Positions 29,179 to 42,078 of a stretch of DNA of 64,000 nt are shown in pieces. The notes beneath the pieces are model-generated. The model did no database searches and had not been told where the DNA came from. It saw only the letters and a list, made by a program, of their open reading frames with translations. Both the position numbers and the translations under genes were made by a program. This stretch comes from Malacoraja senta. Taxonomy: Eukaryota. Positions within the stretch are counted from its first letter, which is position 1; every line of letters begins with the position of its first letter. The DNA is taken from positions 2,792,001-2,856,000 of the forward strand of contig CM075996.1 of NCBI GenBank assembly GCA_038087875.1, in the 5' to 3' direction.

Positions 29179-31270
29179 AATATGCAGTTCCTTCTTACAC
29201 ATTTTGGTGTCTATCTTTGGTTTAAACCAGCATCTGCAGTTCCTTCCTACACACGGATGGGCTTGTTCAGTAGCTGCCCGAGGTGAATCTTACAAAAGGC
29301 GGGGTTGGATAAACCTTCCGCATCGCCAGGCCACGCAACACTCTGGCACCTCGGCAGATATTCAGTGAGGCGGGGGAGGGGAAAGGATGCCTGCCATTGC
29401 CACAGATTGCTATGCCGACCAGACGACAGAGGAAATAAACCATGAAACCGTTTAAATGCGGCACGGTGGCGCAGCGGTAGAGTTGCTGCCTTACAGCGCC
29501 AGAGACCCGGGTTCCATCCCGACCAGGTGTGTATCTATCCGTACACTGTAAATGGATGGAGGGTAATAATGTATCGTCTCTCTGCTGACTGGTTAGCACG
29601 CAACAAGAAGCTAACCAAGGTCCTGTTTCCACACTGTATCTCTACAACTGATAACATAGAAACATAGAAAATAGGCGCAGGAGGAGGCCATTCGGCCCTT
29701 CGAGCCAGCACCGCCATTCATTGTGATCATGGCTGATCGTCCCCTATCAATAACCTGTGCCTGCCTTCTCCCCATATCCCTTGACTCCACTAGCCCCTAG
29801 AGCTCCATCTAATTCTCTCTTAAATGCATCCAGTGACTTGGCCTCCACTGCCCTCTGTGGCAGGGAATTCCATAAATTCACAACTCTCTGGGTGAAAACG
29901 TTTTTTCTCACATCAGTCTTAAATGACCTCCCCTTTATTCTAAGACTGTGGCCCCCTGATTCTGGACTCGCCCAACATTGGGAACATTTGGGGCCAATTG
30001 GGAACATTGGGCCCAACATTGGGAACATTTGGGACCAATAGTCGGGGCATGTTGGTGTAGTCGGCAAGTTCCAGGACCATCAACCAGAGTTTCAGAGAAC
30101 TGGTCCAGAGACACAGGTTCAAATCCCACTGTGGCAGCTGGGGGATATTAAAATTCACGTAATTAAATTAATCCCGGATTAAAAGGTAATCAGTGAAATG
30201 TTAACCGAGAAACTGGCAGATTGTTGTTCAATTTCAAATATTACCACCCCCCCCCCCACTTCGCCCCAATTCCTTGTCTCTTTCCCGAATCCCTACTATC
30301 CACAGGTGTAGTTTAGTTTAGAGATACAGCGCGGAAACAGGCCCTTCGACTCACACACTCGCGCTATCCTACACCCACTAGGGACAATTTGCAATTACAC
30401 CAATCCAATCAACCTGCAAACCTGTACGTTTTTGGAGTGTGGGAGGAAAGCGAAGATCTCGGAGAAAACCCACGCGGGTCACGGGGAGAACGTGCAAACT
30501 CCGTGGGCAGGATTGAACCCGGGTCTCTGGCGCTGAAAGCGCTGTAAGGCAGCAACTCTACCGCTGCACCACCGTGCCACACTTAAATTAGGTACGAGAG
30601 AGAGAGGTATAGTATGGAAACAGGCCCTTCAGCCCACAAGGTACATGCTAGCCATCGATCATCTGGTGTGCACCCATTTTTCTACTATCATCTACCACTA
30701 CTATCCCCCCCCCCGTCACCCTGATCTATCCCATCCATATCTCACCTCTCAAGCAGTGAATGGTGATTAGTAACCAGGGGCGGCACGGTGGGGCAGCGGT
30801 AGAGTTGCTGCCTTACAGCGCCGGAGACCCGGGTTCGATCCTGACCACTGGTGCTGCTTGTACGGAGTTTGTACGTTCTCCACGTGATCTGCGGGATTTA
30901 TTCTCCGGGTGCTCTGGTTTCCTCTCACGTTCCAAAGACGTGCGGGTTTCTAGGTTAATTGGCTTCTGTAAATTGCCCCTAGCGTGCAGGGTAGTACTAG
31001 TGTACGGGTCAGCACTGACTCGGTGGGCCGAAGGGCCCTGTTTCCATGCTGGATCTCTAAACTAAACTAAACCAGCCTGGCCTCACTTCACTGTGTTCTC
31101 CTGCACACTGTGGCCTTCAGGCTTATCTGAGCTCCAAGAGATTCCTTTCCAATGACGTTCACTCTCCGAACAAATAGATGTTGCTCGGGTGGCATGGTGG
31201 TGCAGCGGTCGAGTTGCTGCCTTATAGTGCCAGAGACCAGGGTTCCTAGTGTGTGTGCAGGATAATATAA

Positions 31271-31657
31271 AGGGCCTGACCCACTTTCACGACCTAATTC
31301 ACGACCTTTTTTACTCGTGGACATTTTTCATCATGCTAGAAAAACTCCCCGACCTACTTGATGCCACGAGTACCTACGACTAGCATCACGGCCTGCTATG
31401 ACCTACCCACGGTAGACAAAGTGCTGGAGAAACTCAGCGGGTGCAGCAGCATCTATGGAGCGAAGGAAATTTCCTTTGCTCCATAGATGCTGCTGCTCAC
31501 GCTGAGTTTCTCCAGCACTTTTGTCTACCTTCGGTTTTCCAGCATCTGCAGTTCCTTCTTAAACACAAATGACCTACCTACGACCATGCTGCGAGTACGA
31601 GTCAAGGGCAAACTCGGCAGAGGTCGTGAATTAGGTCGTGAAAGTGGGACAGGGGCT
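31271..31657. mobile_element. MITE with ~37-bp TIRs (PIF/Harbinger-like), nested in a SINE and interrupted by a Penelope fold-back
   Basis: AGGGCCTGACCCACTTTCACGACCTAATTCACGACCT .. AGGTCGTGAATTAGGTCGTGAAAGTGGGACAGGGGCT; TAA/TTA flanks. Confidence 0.78.
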
Positions 31658-32772
31658 TTAACGTGCAGGGATTGCTGGTCGGTGCAGACTCGGTGGGCCC
31701 GAAGGGCCTGTTTTAATGCTGTATCTCTAAACTAAACTAAACCAGCATATGTGTGCTCTGAGGTATTCCTTCCCGATCACATTCACTCTCTGAACAAATA
31801 AACGTTGCTCAACTCCTCTCTAAACATTACAAGCCCAGAAGGTAAATAGAAGATGCCACAGAATGGAAATTTCACCTACGGTCTAGGCCGTTAAACCGAC
31901 TCCGATCAAAATAGGCGCTCGCCCAGGTTCACACACACTCCTTATTTCACAACACAAAGTGCTGGAGTAACTCAGCGGGTCAGGCAGCATCGCTGGAGAA
32001 CGTGGACATTAAACGTTGGGATAGTCCCAGCCTCAACTACCTCTTCTGGCGGCTTGTTCCATACACCCACCACCCTTTGTGTGAGAGGTTTGTTTTTCCA
32101 CACAGAGGGTGGTGGGTGTATGGAACGAGCTGCCAGAGGAGGTAGTTGAGGCTGGGACTATCCCAATGTTTCAGAAACGGTTAGACAGGTACATGGATGG
32201 TTTGGAGGGATCTGGACCAAACGCGGGCAGGTGGGACTAGTGCAGCTGGGACATGTTGGCCGGTGTGGGCAAGTTGGGCCGAAGGGCCTGTTTCCATGCT
32301 GTATCACTCTATGACAGGGTGGCACAGTGGCAGAGTTGCAGCTTTACAGTGGGTCAAGCCGTCCTGATGCGGTGACTCGACTCGAAACATCGACCATCCC
32401 TTCGCCTCCACAGATGCTGACTGGCCCGCCGGGTTTCCCACCCCCTCCCCAATTCTACCCTTCATGTTTAAAGGCCAAAGGGCGGAAAAACAGGCTGCCA
32501 GGAAGTATTTCGTACTAAATGGCGCCATCTCCTTTAGTAACCTCTCAGCCAGCTTCCTGCGAGACCGATTCGTGACATGGTCAGGGAGTAAAGTGGACCA
32601 GCAGCGGGTTGTAGATTCCCGGAACGGAAAAAGCAAATACAACCCAAGACAGCACAGGAAAGGACTGTCTGCAAAATCTACGCTCAGGGTTCCTTTTGTT
32701 ATAGGAGGGAGAGGTGGATTTACCTGGCATCGTTACAGGCCACAATCCCACTTGACCAAGGCGAGAGGCAAG

Positions 32773-33181
32773 CACACACACGCACGCATACACATAGACA
32801 TATACACACACACACGCATACACAGACATATACACACACACAGGGGCACACACATGCACGCATACATACAGACATATACACACACACACGCACGCATACA
32901 AATATACACACACAGGGACACACACATGCACGCATACATATACACACACACACATATACACACATACACATAGACACACACACACACAGGGGCACACACA
33001 GAGAACCACACACGCACGCATATACATAAACATATACACACATACAGGGACACACACGCACGCATACATACACACACACAGGGACATACACATGCACACA
33101 TACATACACAGGGACACACACACACACAGGGACACACACACATACACAGACATATACACACACACAGAGACACACAGCACA
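32773..33181 (+). repeat. Compound (CA)n-rich tract
   Basis: Directly visible. Confidence 0.95.
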
Positions 33182-36100
33182 CTCACTCTTTAACAACATG
33201 CCGAGACCTATTCTTCTCAAACAGCAGACGTGAACAGTAGCAGGTTCTCAGACAGCCGCCACTTGTACATGGTCTTTGTTTTGTTTAGAGATACAGCGTG
33301 GAATCAGGCCCTTCGGCCCATCGGGTCCATCCGCGCCGAGACACGATCACCCCGTACACTAGTGTGTGATTCTGCCGGACCGGCTGAGTTACTCCAGCTT
33401 CTAAGATACGATACGACAGAACGTTATTCATCCCAGGAGGGAAATTGGTCTGCCAACAGTCATAAAACACAAAATATATGAAACATGAAATTAAAGTGAC
33501 GAGTGGCAAGGATTGGGGACGTGCAAAGATTGGCGAGGGGGGGGGGGTCAGTCTTGTACATGGATTTAGTTTAGTTTAGAGATACAACATGAAAACAGGG
33601 CCGTCAGCGAACTGAATCCACACAGACCATCGATCACCCGTTCACATTAGTTCTATTTACCCCACTCTCTCATCCACTCCCTACACACCAAGGCTAATTT
33701 ACAGAGGGCCAAGTAACTGTACATCCTTAAATGTGGGAGGAAACAGGCCCTTCAGCCCACCAGGTATGCGCCGACCAGCGACTTTCCTGCACCCACTAGG
33801 GCCAATTTTTACATTTATATCAAGCCAATTAACCTACAAACCTGTACGTCTTTGGAGTGTGGGAGGAAACCGAAGATCTCTGCGAAAACCCACGCAGTCA
33901 CAGGGGGAACGCGCAAACTCTGTACAGACAGCACCCAACGTCAGGATTGAACCCAGGTCTCTGGCGCTGCAATTCTACCACCGCTCCAGCGTGCCGCCCT
34001 ATCGGCAGCACCTTTGAGAGCTGATTCTGCCTTCTAGTTTAAAAAATATATATTAAACCTGGAACTTAAGACAGAAATAAAGTCAGAACTTGCGTTCCAG
34101 ATTTAATAATTAATAAATGAAAAGCCAAATTAAAATGATCACGGAGCGATGAACCGGCTCCCTCTCATGTCGTCCACACATGATTTAGAACATAGAACAG
34201 GAAAGCACAGGAACAGGCCCTTCGGCCCACAATGTCCGTGACGAACATGACGTCAAGTTAAACATCTCATCTGCCTGCACGTGATCCGTATCCCTCCAGT
34301 CCCTGCACTTCCATGTGCCTATCTAAAAGCCTCTTAAACACCACTATCGTATCTGCCTCCACCACCACCCCTGGCAGCGCGTTCCAGGCTCCCACCACCC
34401 TCGGTGTAAAAAAAAAAACCTGCCCCGCACATCTCCTTTAAACTTCCCCCTCTCACCTTAAAACTATGCTCTCTTTGACATTTCCACCCTGGGAAAAAAA
34501 GGTTCTGACTGTCTCTGCCACTCATAATTGTAAATCATGAGATCATAAGTGATTGGAGTAGAATTAGGCCATTTGGCCCATCAAGCCTACTCCACCATTC
34601 AATCGTGGCTGATCTATCTCTCCCTCCTAACCCCATTCTCCTGCCTTCTCCCCATAATCCCTGACACCCGCACTAATCAAGAATCTAGATATCTCTGCCT
34701 TAAAAATACCCATTGACTTGGCCTCCACAGCCTTCTGTGGCAATGGATTCCACAGATTCACCGCCCATCAGTCTATGCTTCTATCAAATCTCCTCTTAGC
34801 CTCCAATGTACCAGATTAATTCTGTTTTACTTCTCACAGATGCCGCTGGACCTGCTGTGAGTTCTGGGTATTGGCTGCTATTATTTCCAATTTCTAGCTC
34901 CTGCACCTTGTTTTAGTGTACGGGTTAGTCAGCAACAAATTGCTTCTCCCAATCAGATTATTTTTGTGAGTCAGTCTTTAAGAAGAGTCCCGACCCGAAA
35001 TGGCGTCTGTCCATGGCCTCTGCAGATGTGATGCTTGACCCGCCTAGTTTAGAGATACAGCGCGGAAACGGGCCCTTCGGCCCACCGATCCCGCGTACAC
35101 TCGCACACTAGGGACAATTTACAGTTTTACAAAAGGCAATTAACCAACAAACCTGCACTAATTTGGAGTGCGGGAGGAAATCGGAGATCTTGGAGAAATC
35201 TAAGGTGACGTGGTGAACGTACAAACTCCGTACGGACAGCACCCATAGTCGGGATGGAACCCGAGTCTCTGGCGCTGTGAGGCAGCAACTCTACCGCTGC
35301 ACCACCCAAAGTTCCTCCAGCACATTGTGCTTTGCTCAAGACTCCAGCGTCTGCAGTTCCTTGCGCCTCAGCTGATTGTTTTTTGTTTGCATCACCCAGG
35401 TGTGTCGTGTCCTCTCGAGTATTTAGAGCCCAGGCCTGTTATAACACGTCGATAACATGGAAGCATGTTTGTCAGCAAATTTCCATCAGTAACTTCCAGT
35501 GACCTGTCCCTACTGAATATTGAACCAGGGCTGAATGTGAACATACAACTTTCACCTGATATTTTTACACATAACAGCACAAGAACAGGCCCTTTGGCCC
35601 ACAATGTCTGTGCCGAACGTGATGCCAAGACCATCTCATAAACTTACACAGCGGGGAAATAGGCCCTCCAGCCTAACTTGCCCACACCGACCAACATGAC
35701 CCATCTGCACTAGTCCCACATGCCCTTGTTTGGCCCATATCTCTCTAAACCTAACCTATCCAAGTATAGACACAAAATGCTGGAATAACTCAGCGGGTCA
35801 GGCAGCATCTCTGGAGAGAAGAAGTAGATGACATCTCTGGTCTGAACCCATCTTTGGACACAGTGGCGCAGCGGTAGAGTCGCTGCCTCACAGCGCCAGA
35901 GACCAGGGTTCCATCCTGACCACGGGTGCTGTCTGTACGGAGTTTGTATGTTCTCCGCGTGGGTTTTCTCCGGGTGCTCCAGTTTCCTCCCACACAAGGC
36001 ATACAGGTTTGCAAGCTAATTGGCCTCAGTGAAATTGTAAATTGTCTCTAGTGTGTGTAGGATAGTGTTAGTGTCGGGGATCGCTGGTCGGTGCGGACTC

Positions 36101-39100
36101 GGTGGGCAGCAGGGCCCGTTTCCGCACTGTATCTCTAAACTAAAAACTAAATTAAAAGGTTCCGACTATCTACTTATCTATGCCTCTCATAATATACTTC
36201 TATCAGTTTAGTTTAGAGATACAGCATGGAAACAGGCCCTTCGGCCCACCGAGTCCGTGCCGACCAGCGATCCCCGCACACTAGCACAATCCTACACACA
36301 CTAGAGACAATTCACAATTTATCAAAGCCAATTAACCTACAAACCTGCACGTCTTTGGAGTGTGGGAGGAAACCGGAGCACCCGGAGAAAACCCACGCGG
36401 GTCATGGGGAGAACGTGCAAACTCCGTAGACAGTAGCCAAGATCAGAATTGAACCTGGGTCTCTGGCACTGTGAGGCAGCAACTCTACCACCTATGTCAT
36501 AGAGTGATACAGCCTGGTAACAGGCCCCTCAGCCCAACTTGCCTACCAGCATATCCCAGCTACGCTAGTCCCACCTGCCTGCGTTTGGTCCATATCCCTC
36601 CAAACCTGTCCTATCCATGTAGCTGTCCAACTGTTTCTTAAACGTTGGGATAGTCCCAGCCTCAACTACCTCCTCTGGCAGCTCGTGCCATACACCCACT
36701 ACACTTTGTGTGAAAAAGTTACCCCTCATCTCCGTACAGACAGCACCCGTAGTCAGGATGGAACCCGGGTCTCTGGCGCTGTGAGGCAGCAACTTTACTG
36801 CTGCGCCATCACAGATCTCCCCACAGTGTGGAAGCAGGCCCTTCAGCCCAACTTGCCCACACCGGCCAACATGTCCCAGCTACAATAGTCTGTCCAGCCT
36901 CTGACGATAACATCCTGGGGCAATGTCACCAACAGATGACCTGGTCAACTCTCCATCTGCTCTTTGCAAGATTTCAAACCGGCTGCTCTCTCTCCAATGA
37001 ATGATTTTGTGAATTTGTTACAAAGTATTTCGGAATGTCCCTAGAAGTTCATGTGAAGAGACTTTAAGTTTTAGTTTAGTTTAGAGATACAGCGCGGAAA
37101 CAATTCCTTCGGCCCACTGAGTCCGCGCCGACCAGCGATCTAGCGCTATCCTACACACTAGGGATCTTTTTTTTTACACCCCACCCCCCCACAAATTTCA
37201 CACCATCAAACTAGGACCTTCACAGAGAATGGCAAGGCCCTGCGGTGTTTTGCAGCTGGTAGAGCTGCTGCCTCACAGCGCCAGAGTCCCGGGTTCTATC
37301 CTGACTATGGGTGCTGTCTGTACGGAGTTTGTACGTTCTCTCCGTAGGTTTTCTCCGGTTTCCTCCCACACTCCAAAGACGAGCTGGTTTGTAGTTTAAT
37401 TGGATCCGGCAAATCGCCCTTCGTGTATGTAGGATAGAACTGGTGTACGGGCGATCGATGGTCAGCATGGACTCGGTGGGCCGAAGGGCCTGCGTCCGTG
37501 CTGTATCTCTAAACTAACTGCCCCATGTATGTGGGGAGTGGATGAGATTGAGGGATTAGACAGTTTCTGTCTTAACTCGCAGTTTCCACATAAAAGAAGT
37601 ACAGAATTCACTTCTTCAGCAAACATTGTTAATAGCCTTGCTATTAATGTTGGTACGCTGCTTTCCAGCTTCAGGAATAAACATTGGAGCCTCTTTCGGA
37701 ACATATGTGTATCGTCCCAGTTATTTCCAGCTTCTTCCAATCCCTATCACCTGTCCATGTAATCAGTGGATTTTTTTTGTAGGAATACAGCGAGTGAAGC
37801 CGGCTCCTTTGCCCACCGAGTCCGTGCCGACCAGCGATCGCCCTGTACACTAGCACTATCCGACGCACCAGGGACAATGTACAATTTACAGAAGCCAATT
37901 AACCAACAAACCGGGAACAAAGGAGGACCTGGCGTGGGGGGACTGCCGTGGGGGCGATGAGAATACAAAGGCGGACCTGGCGCAGAATGCTTTGTGACTT
38001 TGTTGGTGCCCTTTATGTGGTGACTATTGGCATACCTTGGGTACGCAAGCAAAGAATTTCACTGTGACAATAAAGCATTCATTCATTCAAACTAATGTGA
38101 ACGGGTGATCGATGGTCGGTGTGGGTAGACTAAAATGCTGGAGAAACTCAGCGGGTGAGGCAGCATCTATGGTGCGAAGGAATAGGTGACGTTTCGGGTC
38201 GAGAACCTTCTTCAGATGCTGCCTCATCCGCTGAGTTTCTCCAGCATTTTTGTCTACCTTCGATTTTTCCAGCATCTGCGGCCCTTCTTAAACAGATGGT
38301 AGGCGTGGGCTCGGTGGCCGAAGGGTCTCTTTCCACGCTGCATCGCTAAACACCAATCTTGATGGCACCACCTCGCCATCTCACCTGTTGCCGCCATCTT
38401 ACACCTCGAGAGAAACTAACTAATCAAAATGACTGCCATTACGAACACCACAGAAGAGAACGGATTCGAGACACAGCACGGAAATAGAACTGTAATCTCA
38501 GAGACACACAAGGCCGTGGCCAGAACATTCAGATATGAAAATCCAAGATGAAAACTTGTGACTGAATACCTCCAACACCTCCCAGAGAGAATAAAAGATT
38601 AGATTGTTATATTAGCAAATCGGGGACAGGCTATTTTATTTGCTACATCCTGGTTAATGATGACAATTGGGTGCGTGTGTCATTTGCTGATGCAGGTTGT
38701 TTACGGGAGAGGGATATGAGAGAACAAGAGCCTGTTTATTGTCCCCAGTAATCTCACGCTGCCTTGGCAAGGCCAGCAGCGTAATCAACGACCAGTCGCA
38801 CCCCGGCCACTCCCTCTTCTCCCCTCTCCCATCGGGCAAAAGGTACAGAAGCGTGAAAACGCACACCTCCAGATTCAGGGACAGTTTCTTCCCAGCTGTT
38901 ATCAGGCAATTGAACCATCCTACCACAACCAGAGAGCTGAAGAAGGGTTTCGGCCCGAAACATTGCCTGTTTCCTTCGCTCCATAGTTGCTGCTGCACCC
39001 GCTGAGTTTCTCCAGCATTTTTGTGTACCCTGAACTACTATCTACCTCTTTGGAGAACCTCGGACTATCCTTGGTTGGACTAGACTTTGCACTAAACCGT

Positions 39101-39154
39101 ATCAGTTATTTGCACACTGTAAACGGCTCGATTGGAATCATGTATTTTCTTTTG

Positions 39155-39188
39155 AGTCTGAAGAAGGGTCTCGACCCGAAACGTCACC
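39155..39188 (+). ncRNA. Putative minimal hammerhead motif (PLE-type)
   Basis: AGT-CTGAAGA-A-GGGTC-TC-GACCC-GAAAC-GTC-ACC, identical to the 4736-4769 copy. Confidence 0.6.
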
Positions 39189-39696
39189 CATTCCTTCTCT
39201 CAATAGATACTGCCGCACCCGCTGAGTTACTCCAGCATTTTGTGTCTACCTTGTATTTTCTTTATGCTGACTGGTTAGCACGCAACACAAGCTTTTCACT
39301 GTACCTCGGTACACGTGACAATAAACTAAACTGTTGTTCTAAAACCACAGAGATTTCTGCCAGGGGGAGACAATAAAACAAACGTACTAAAATACAATTT
39401 GAAAATCAAAACTCTCCACTTAGAAACATTTCTTTGACCAGAGGGGTTGCAGAATAAATGCAATCTACATCACAAAACGTTTGAACATTCTCAGCATGAA
39501 ACTGGACACCAGAAGCCAAAGCTCAAACGTTAGGAGGCAGTAAGTTATGGAAGGGTGGTATTTTAAACTGTTTTCTAAAAAAAGGGTGAGGGGCGTGGCT
39601 GACCAAAATAAATCACACCACCTTCTCCACCCCACCCCCCTCCCAAATACGAAACACAGTGCAATCCACAGGACCCAAACAACGTGGACAAATGCT

Positions 39697-40085
39697 TCTT
39701 TCCCTCCCCCCCCCCCTTCCCTCTGTCCTCTCTCTCTCCCGTGCCTCCGTTTCTCTCCTCTCTCTCTACCCGTCCCTCCTCTCTCTCCCCCGTCCCCCCT
39801 CCCTTCCCTCTCCCCCCTTCCCTCCGTCCCCCCTCTCCGCCCATCCCTCTCTCCCCTTCCCTCCGTCCTCTCTCTCTCTCTCTCTCCCCTTCCCTCCGCC
39901 CCCTCTCTCTCTCTCCCCTTCCCTCCATCCATCTCTCTCTCTCTCCCCTTCCCCTCCGCCCCCCTCTCTCTCTCTCCCCTTCCCTCCATCCATCTCTCTC
40001 TCTCTCTCTCCCCTTCCCTCCATCCATCTCTCTCTCTCTCCCCTTCCTCCATCCATCTCTCCCCCCCCTTCCCTCCCCCTCTCAC
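39697..40085 (+). repeat. C/T-rich low-complexity minisatellite
   Basis: Directly visible. Confidence 0.95.
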
Positions 40086-40571
40086 TTTTGGTGCAACGGT
40101 TAAAATCCTCCAGAAAAAGGCATTCTGCAACGTGTAACATTGCATTGCATTGTAGTTAATATATGGGTTGCATTCAATGCCCACGTTAAGGATTGCAGCT
40201 TGGATCAGACTAAAGGAGCAACAAGGCTGTGGGTTTGCAGTGCGCTGGTTTAAAAAAAATTACTTAATTTACCACAAATTTATCAGATCCAGGCGCATTT
40301 CTTCCAGAGGCGTTCTTGCCTCCCATCCTTGCACCCCCTCCCTCCCCTTGTCCCTCACTCCCTCCCCTTGTCCCCCACCCCCTTACACCCACACCCCCTC
40401 CCTCCCTCTCTTTCAAGAGAGAGTTAGATTTAGATCTTCGGGCTAACGGAGTCAGGGGATATGGGGAGAAGGCAGGAACGGGGTACTGATTGGGGATGAT
40501 CAGCCGTGATCACATTGAATGGCGGTGCTGGCTCGAAGGGCCGAATGGCCTCCTCCTGCACCTATTTTCCG

Positions 40572-41420
40572 CTTCTCCCCCTCTCCCTCCATTCTCTCAC
40601 TCCCCCCTTCCCACCACAGTGACTCTCCTCCCTCCCTCTTTCTCCCTCCCTCACCCTCCTCCATCTGTCTTTCATCCCCTCCTTCATCTCTCCCTCCCTC
40701 TCGTCCTCACCCTCCTCCATCTCTCTCTTTCGCCCCCTCCCTCATACCTTCCCTCTCTCCCCTCATCCTTCACCTCTTCACCTCCCCTCTCATCTCCCCT
40801 CCTTCTTTCACCTCTCCCCTCATCATCCCCTTTCTCCCGCCCTCCCCTCATCCTCCCCTCATCATCCCCGTCTTTCTCCTTCCCTCCCCTCACCCTTCCC
40901 TCCCTCATCCTTCCCTCCCTCATCCTTCCCTCCCTCATCCTCCCCCCTCTTTCTCCTGCCCTCCCCTCATCCTTCCCTCCCTCATCCTCCCCCCTCTTTC
41001 TCCTGCCCTCCCCTCATCCTTCCTCCCTCATCCTCCCCCCTCTTTCTCCTGCCCTCCCCTCATCCTTCCCTCCCTCATCCTCCCCCCTCTTTCTCCTGCC
41101 CTCCCCTCATCCTTCCCTCCCCTCATCCTTCCCTCCCTCATCCTCCCCCCTCTTTCTCCTGCCCTCCCCTCATCCTTCCCTCCCCTCATCCTTCCCTCCC
41201 TCATCCTCCCCCTCTTTCTCCTGCCCTCCCCTCATCCTTCCCCCCCTCATCCTTCCCTCCCTCATCCTCCCCCCTCTTTCTCCTGCCCTCCCCTCATCCT
41301 TCCCTCCCCTCATCCTTCCCTCCCTCATCCTCCCCCCTCTTTCTCCTGCCCTCCCCTCCCTCATCCTTCCCTCCCTCGTCCTTCCTTCCCTCTCCCCCTC
41401 ATCTATCCCCTCCTCCCCGC
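40572..41420 (+). repeat. CCCTCATCCTT-type polypyrimidine minisatellite
   Basis: Recurring CCCTCATCCTTCCCT and TTTCTCCTGCCCT units. Confidence 0.95.
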
Positions 41421-41428
41421 ATCTTTAC

Positions 41429-41520
41429 CTTCTGATGGCCGCCCGCCGCTGGGCCGCGCGTGGATGCGGGACCGCTCCAGCTCCAGCTCGAGCTGTGGAT
41501 GGATGGATCGCTGCCGCGGG
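41429..41520 (-). other. TMEM184B: Putative non-coding exon 1 of TMEM184B; 5' end uncertain
   Basis: CAGAAG|GTAAAG donor at 41429/41428 in a CpG-rich patch just downstream of GC boxes. Confidence 0.6.
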
Positions 41521-41760
41521 GGGTGGGGGGGGGGAGAGAGGGGGCGGGGCCTGACGGTGCGGGGGGAGGGGCAGCGGTGGGGGGGGTGAGGGGGGCGGGG
41601 CCTGACGGTGATGGAGTGAGGGGCAGCGGGGGGGGGGGGGGGGGGGACACATGACCCGCTTCGCTGGAGCTGCAGCCCGCGCCTGCGCACTCCCCAACCG
41701 CTCACAGGGTGACGTCACCCCTCCAGCCTGTTAAAGAGGCCGCGCACCAGCCAGAGGGGA
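41521..41760 (-). promoter_or_regulatory. CpG-rich putative TMEM184B promoter
   Basis: GC boxes GGGGCGGGGC at 41541-41550 and 41592-41601; NRF1-like GCGCCTGCGCA at 41679-41689; full CRE TGACGTCA at 41710-41717. Confidence 0.7.
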
Positions 41761-41771
41761 GGGGGGGGGGG

Positions 41772-41878
41772 TGTGTGCCTGTGTATGTGTCGGTGTACCT
41801 ATGTGTGTGTGTGCCTATGTCTGTGTGGGTGTATGCCTATGTGTGTGTGTGTGCCTATGTGTGTGTGTGTGTGCCTAT
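41772..41878 (+). repeat. (GT)n/GTGCCTAT repeat running into the gap
   Basis: Directly visible. Confidence 0.95.
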
Positions 41879-42078
41879 NNNNNNNNNNNNNNNNNNNNNN
41901 NNNNNNNNNNNNNNNNNNNNNNNNNNNNNNNNNNNNNNNNNNNNNNNNNNNNNNNNNNNNNNNNNNNNNNNNNNNNNNNNNNNNNNNNNNNNNNNNNNNN
42001 NNNNNNNNNNNNNNNNNNNNNNNNNNNNNNNNNNNNNNNNNNNNNNNNNNNNNNNNNNNNNNNNNNNNNNNNNNNNNN
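41879..42078. other. Assembly gap of exactly 200 N
   Basis: N run. Confidence 0.99.

Noticed and set aside
29967..30040. Triplicated CCAACATTGGGAACATT motif
   Set aside because: Local slippage inside a CR1 remnant with no sign of function.
32440..32772. Alternative TMEM184B 5' exon ending CCAG|GTAAAT near 32724
   Set aside because: Only a donor-like motif in unique sequence, with no clear acceptor or promoter evidence.
32464..33220. His/Thr-rich and Cys/Val-rich ORFs
   Set aside because: They are translations of the (CA)n tract; the same applies to ORFs over 18134-18998 (outside the exon), 21174-21764 and 39465-40184.
40490..41589. 354-356 aa Pro/Ser/Leu-rich ORFs
   Set aside because: These are stop-free translations of a C/T minisatellite that start in a CR1 tail.
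41399..41650. Coding first exon in frame with TMEM184B
   Set aside because: The frame matches the donor but opens with GTG, the adjacent ATG is out of frame, and the ORF runs through GC boxes and poly-C.
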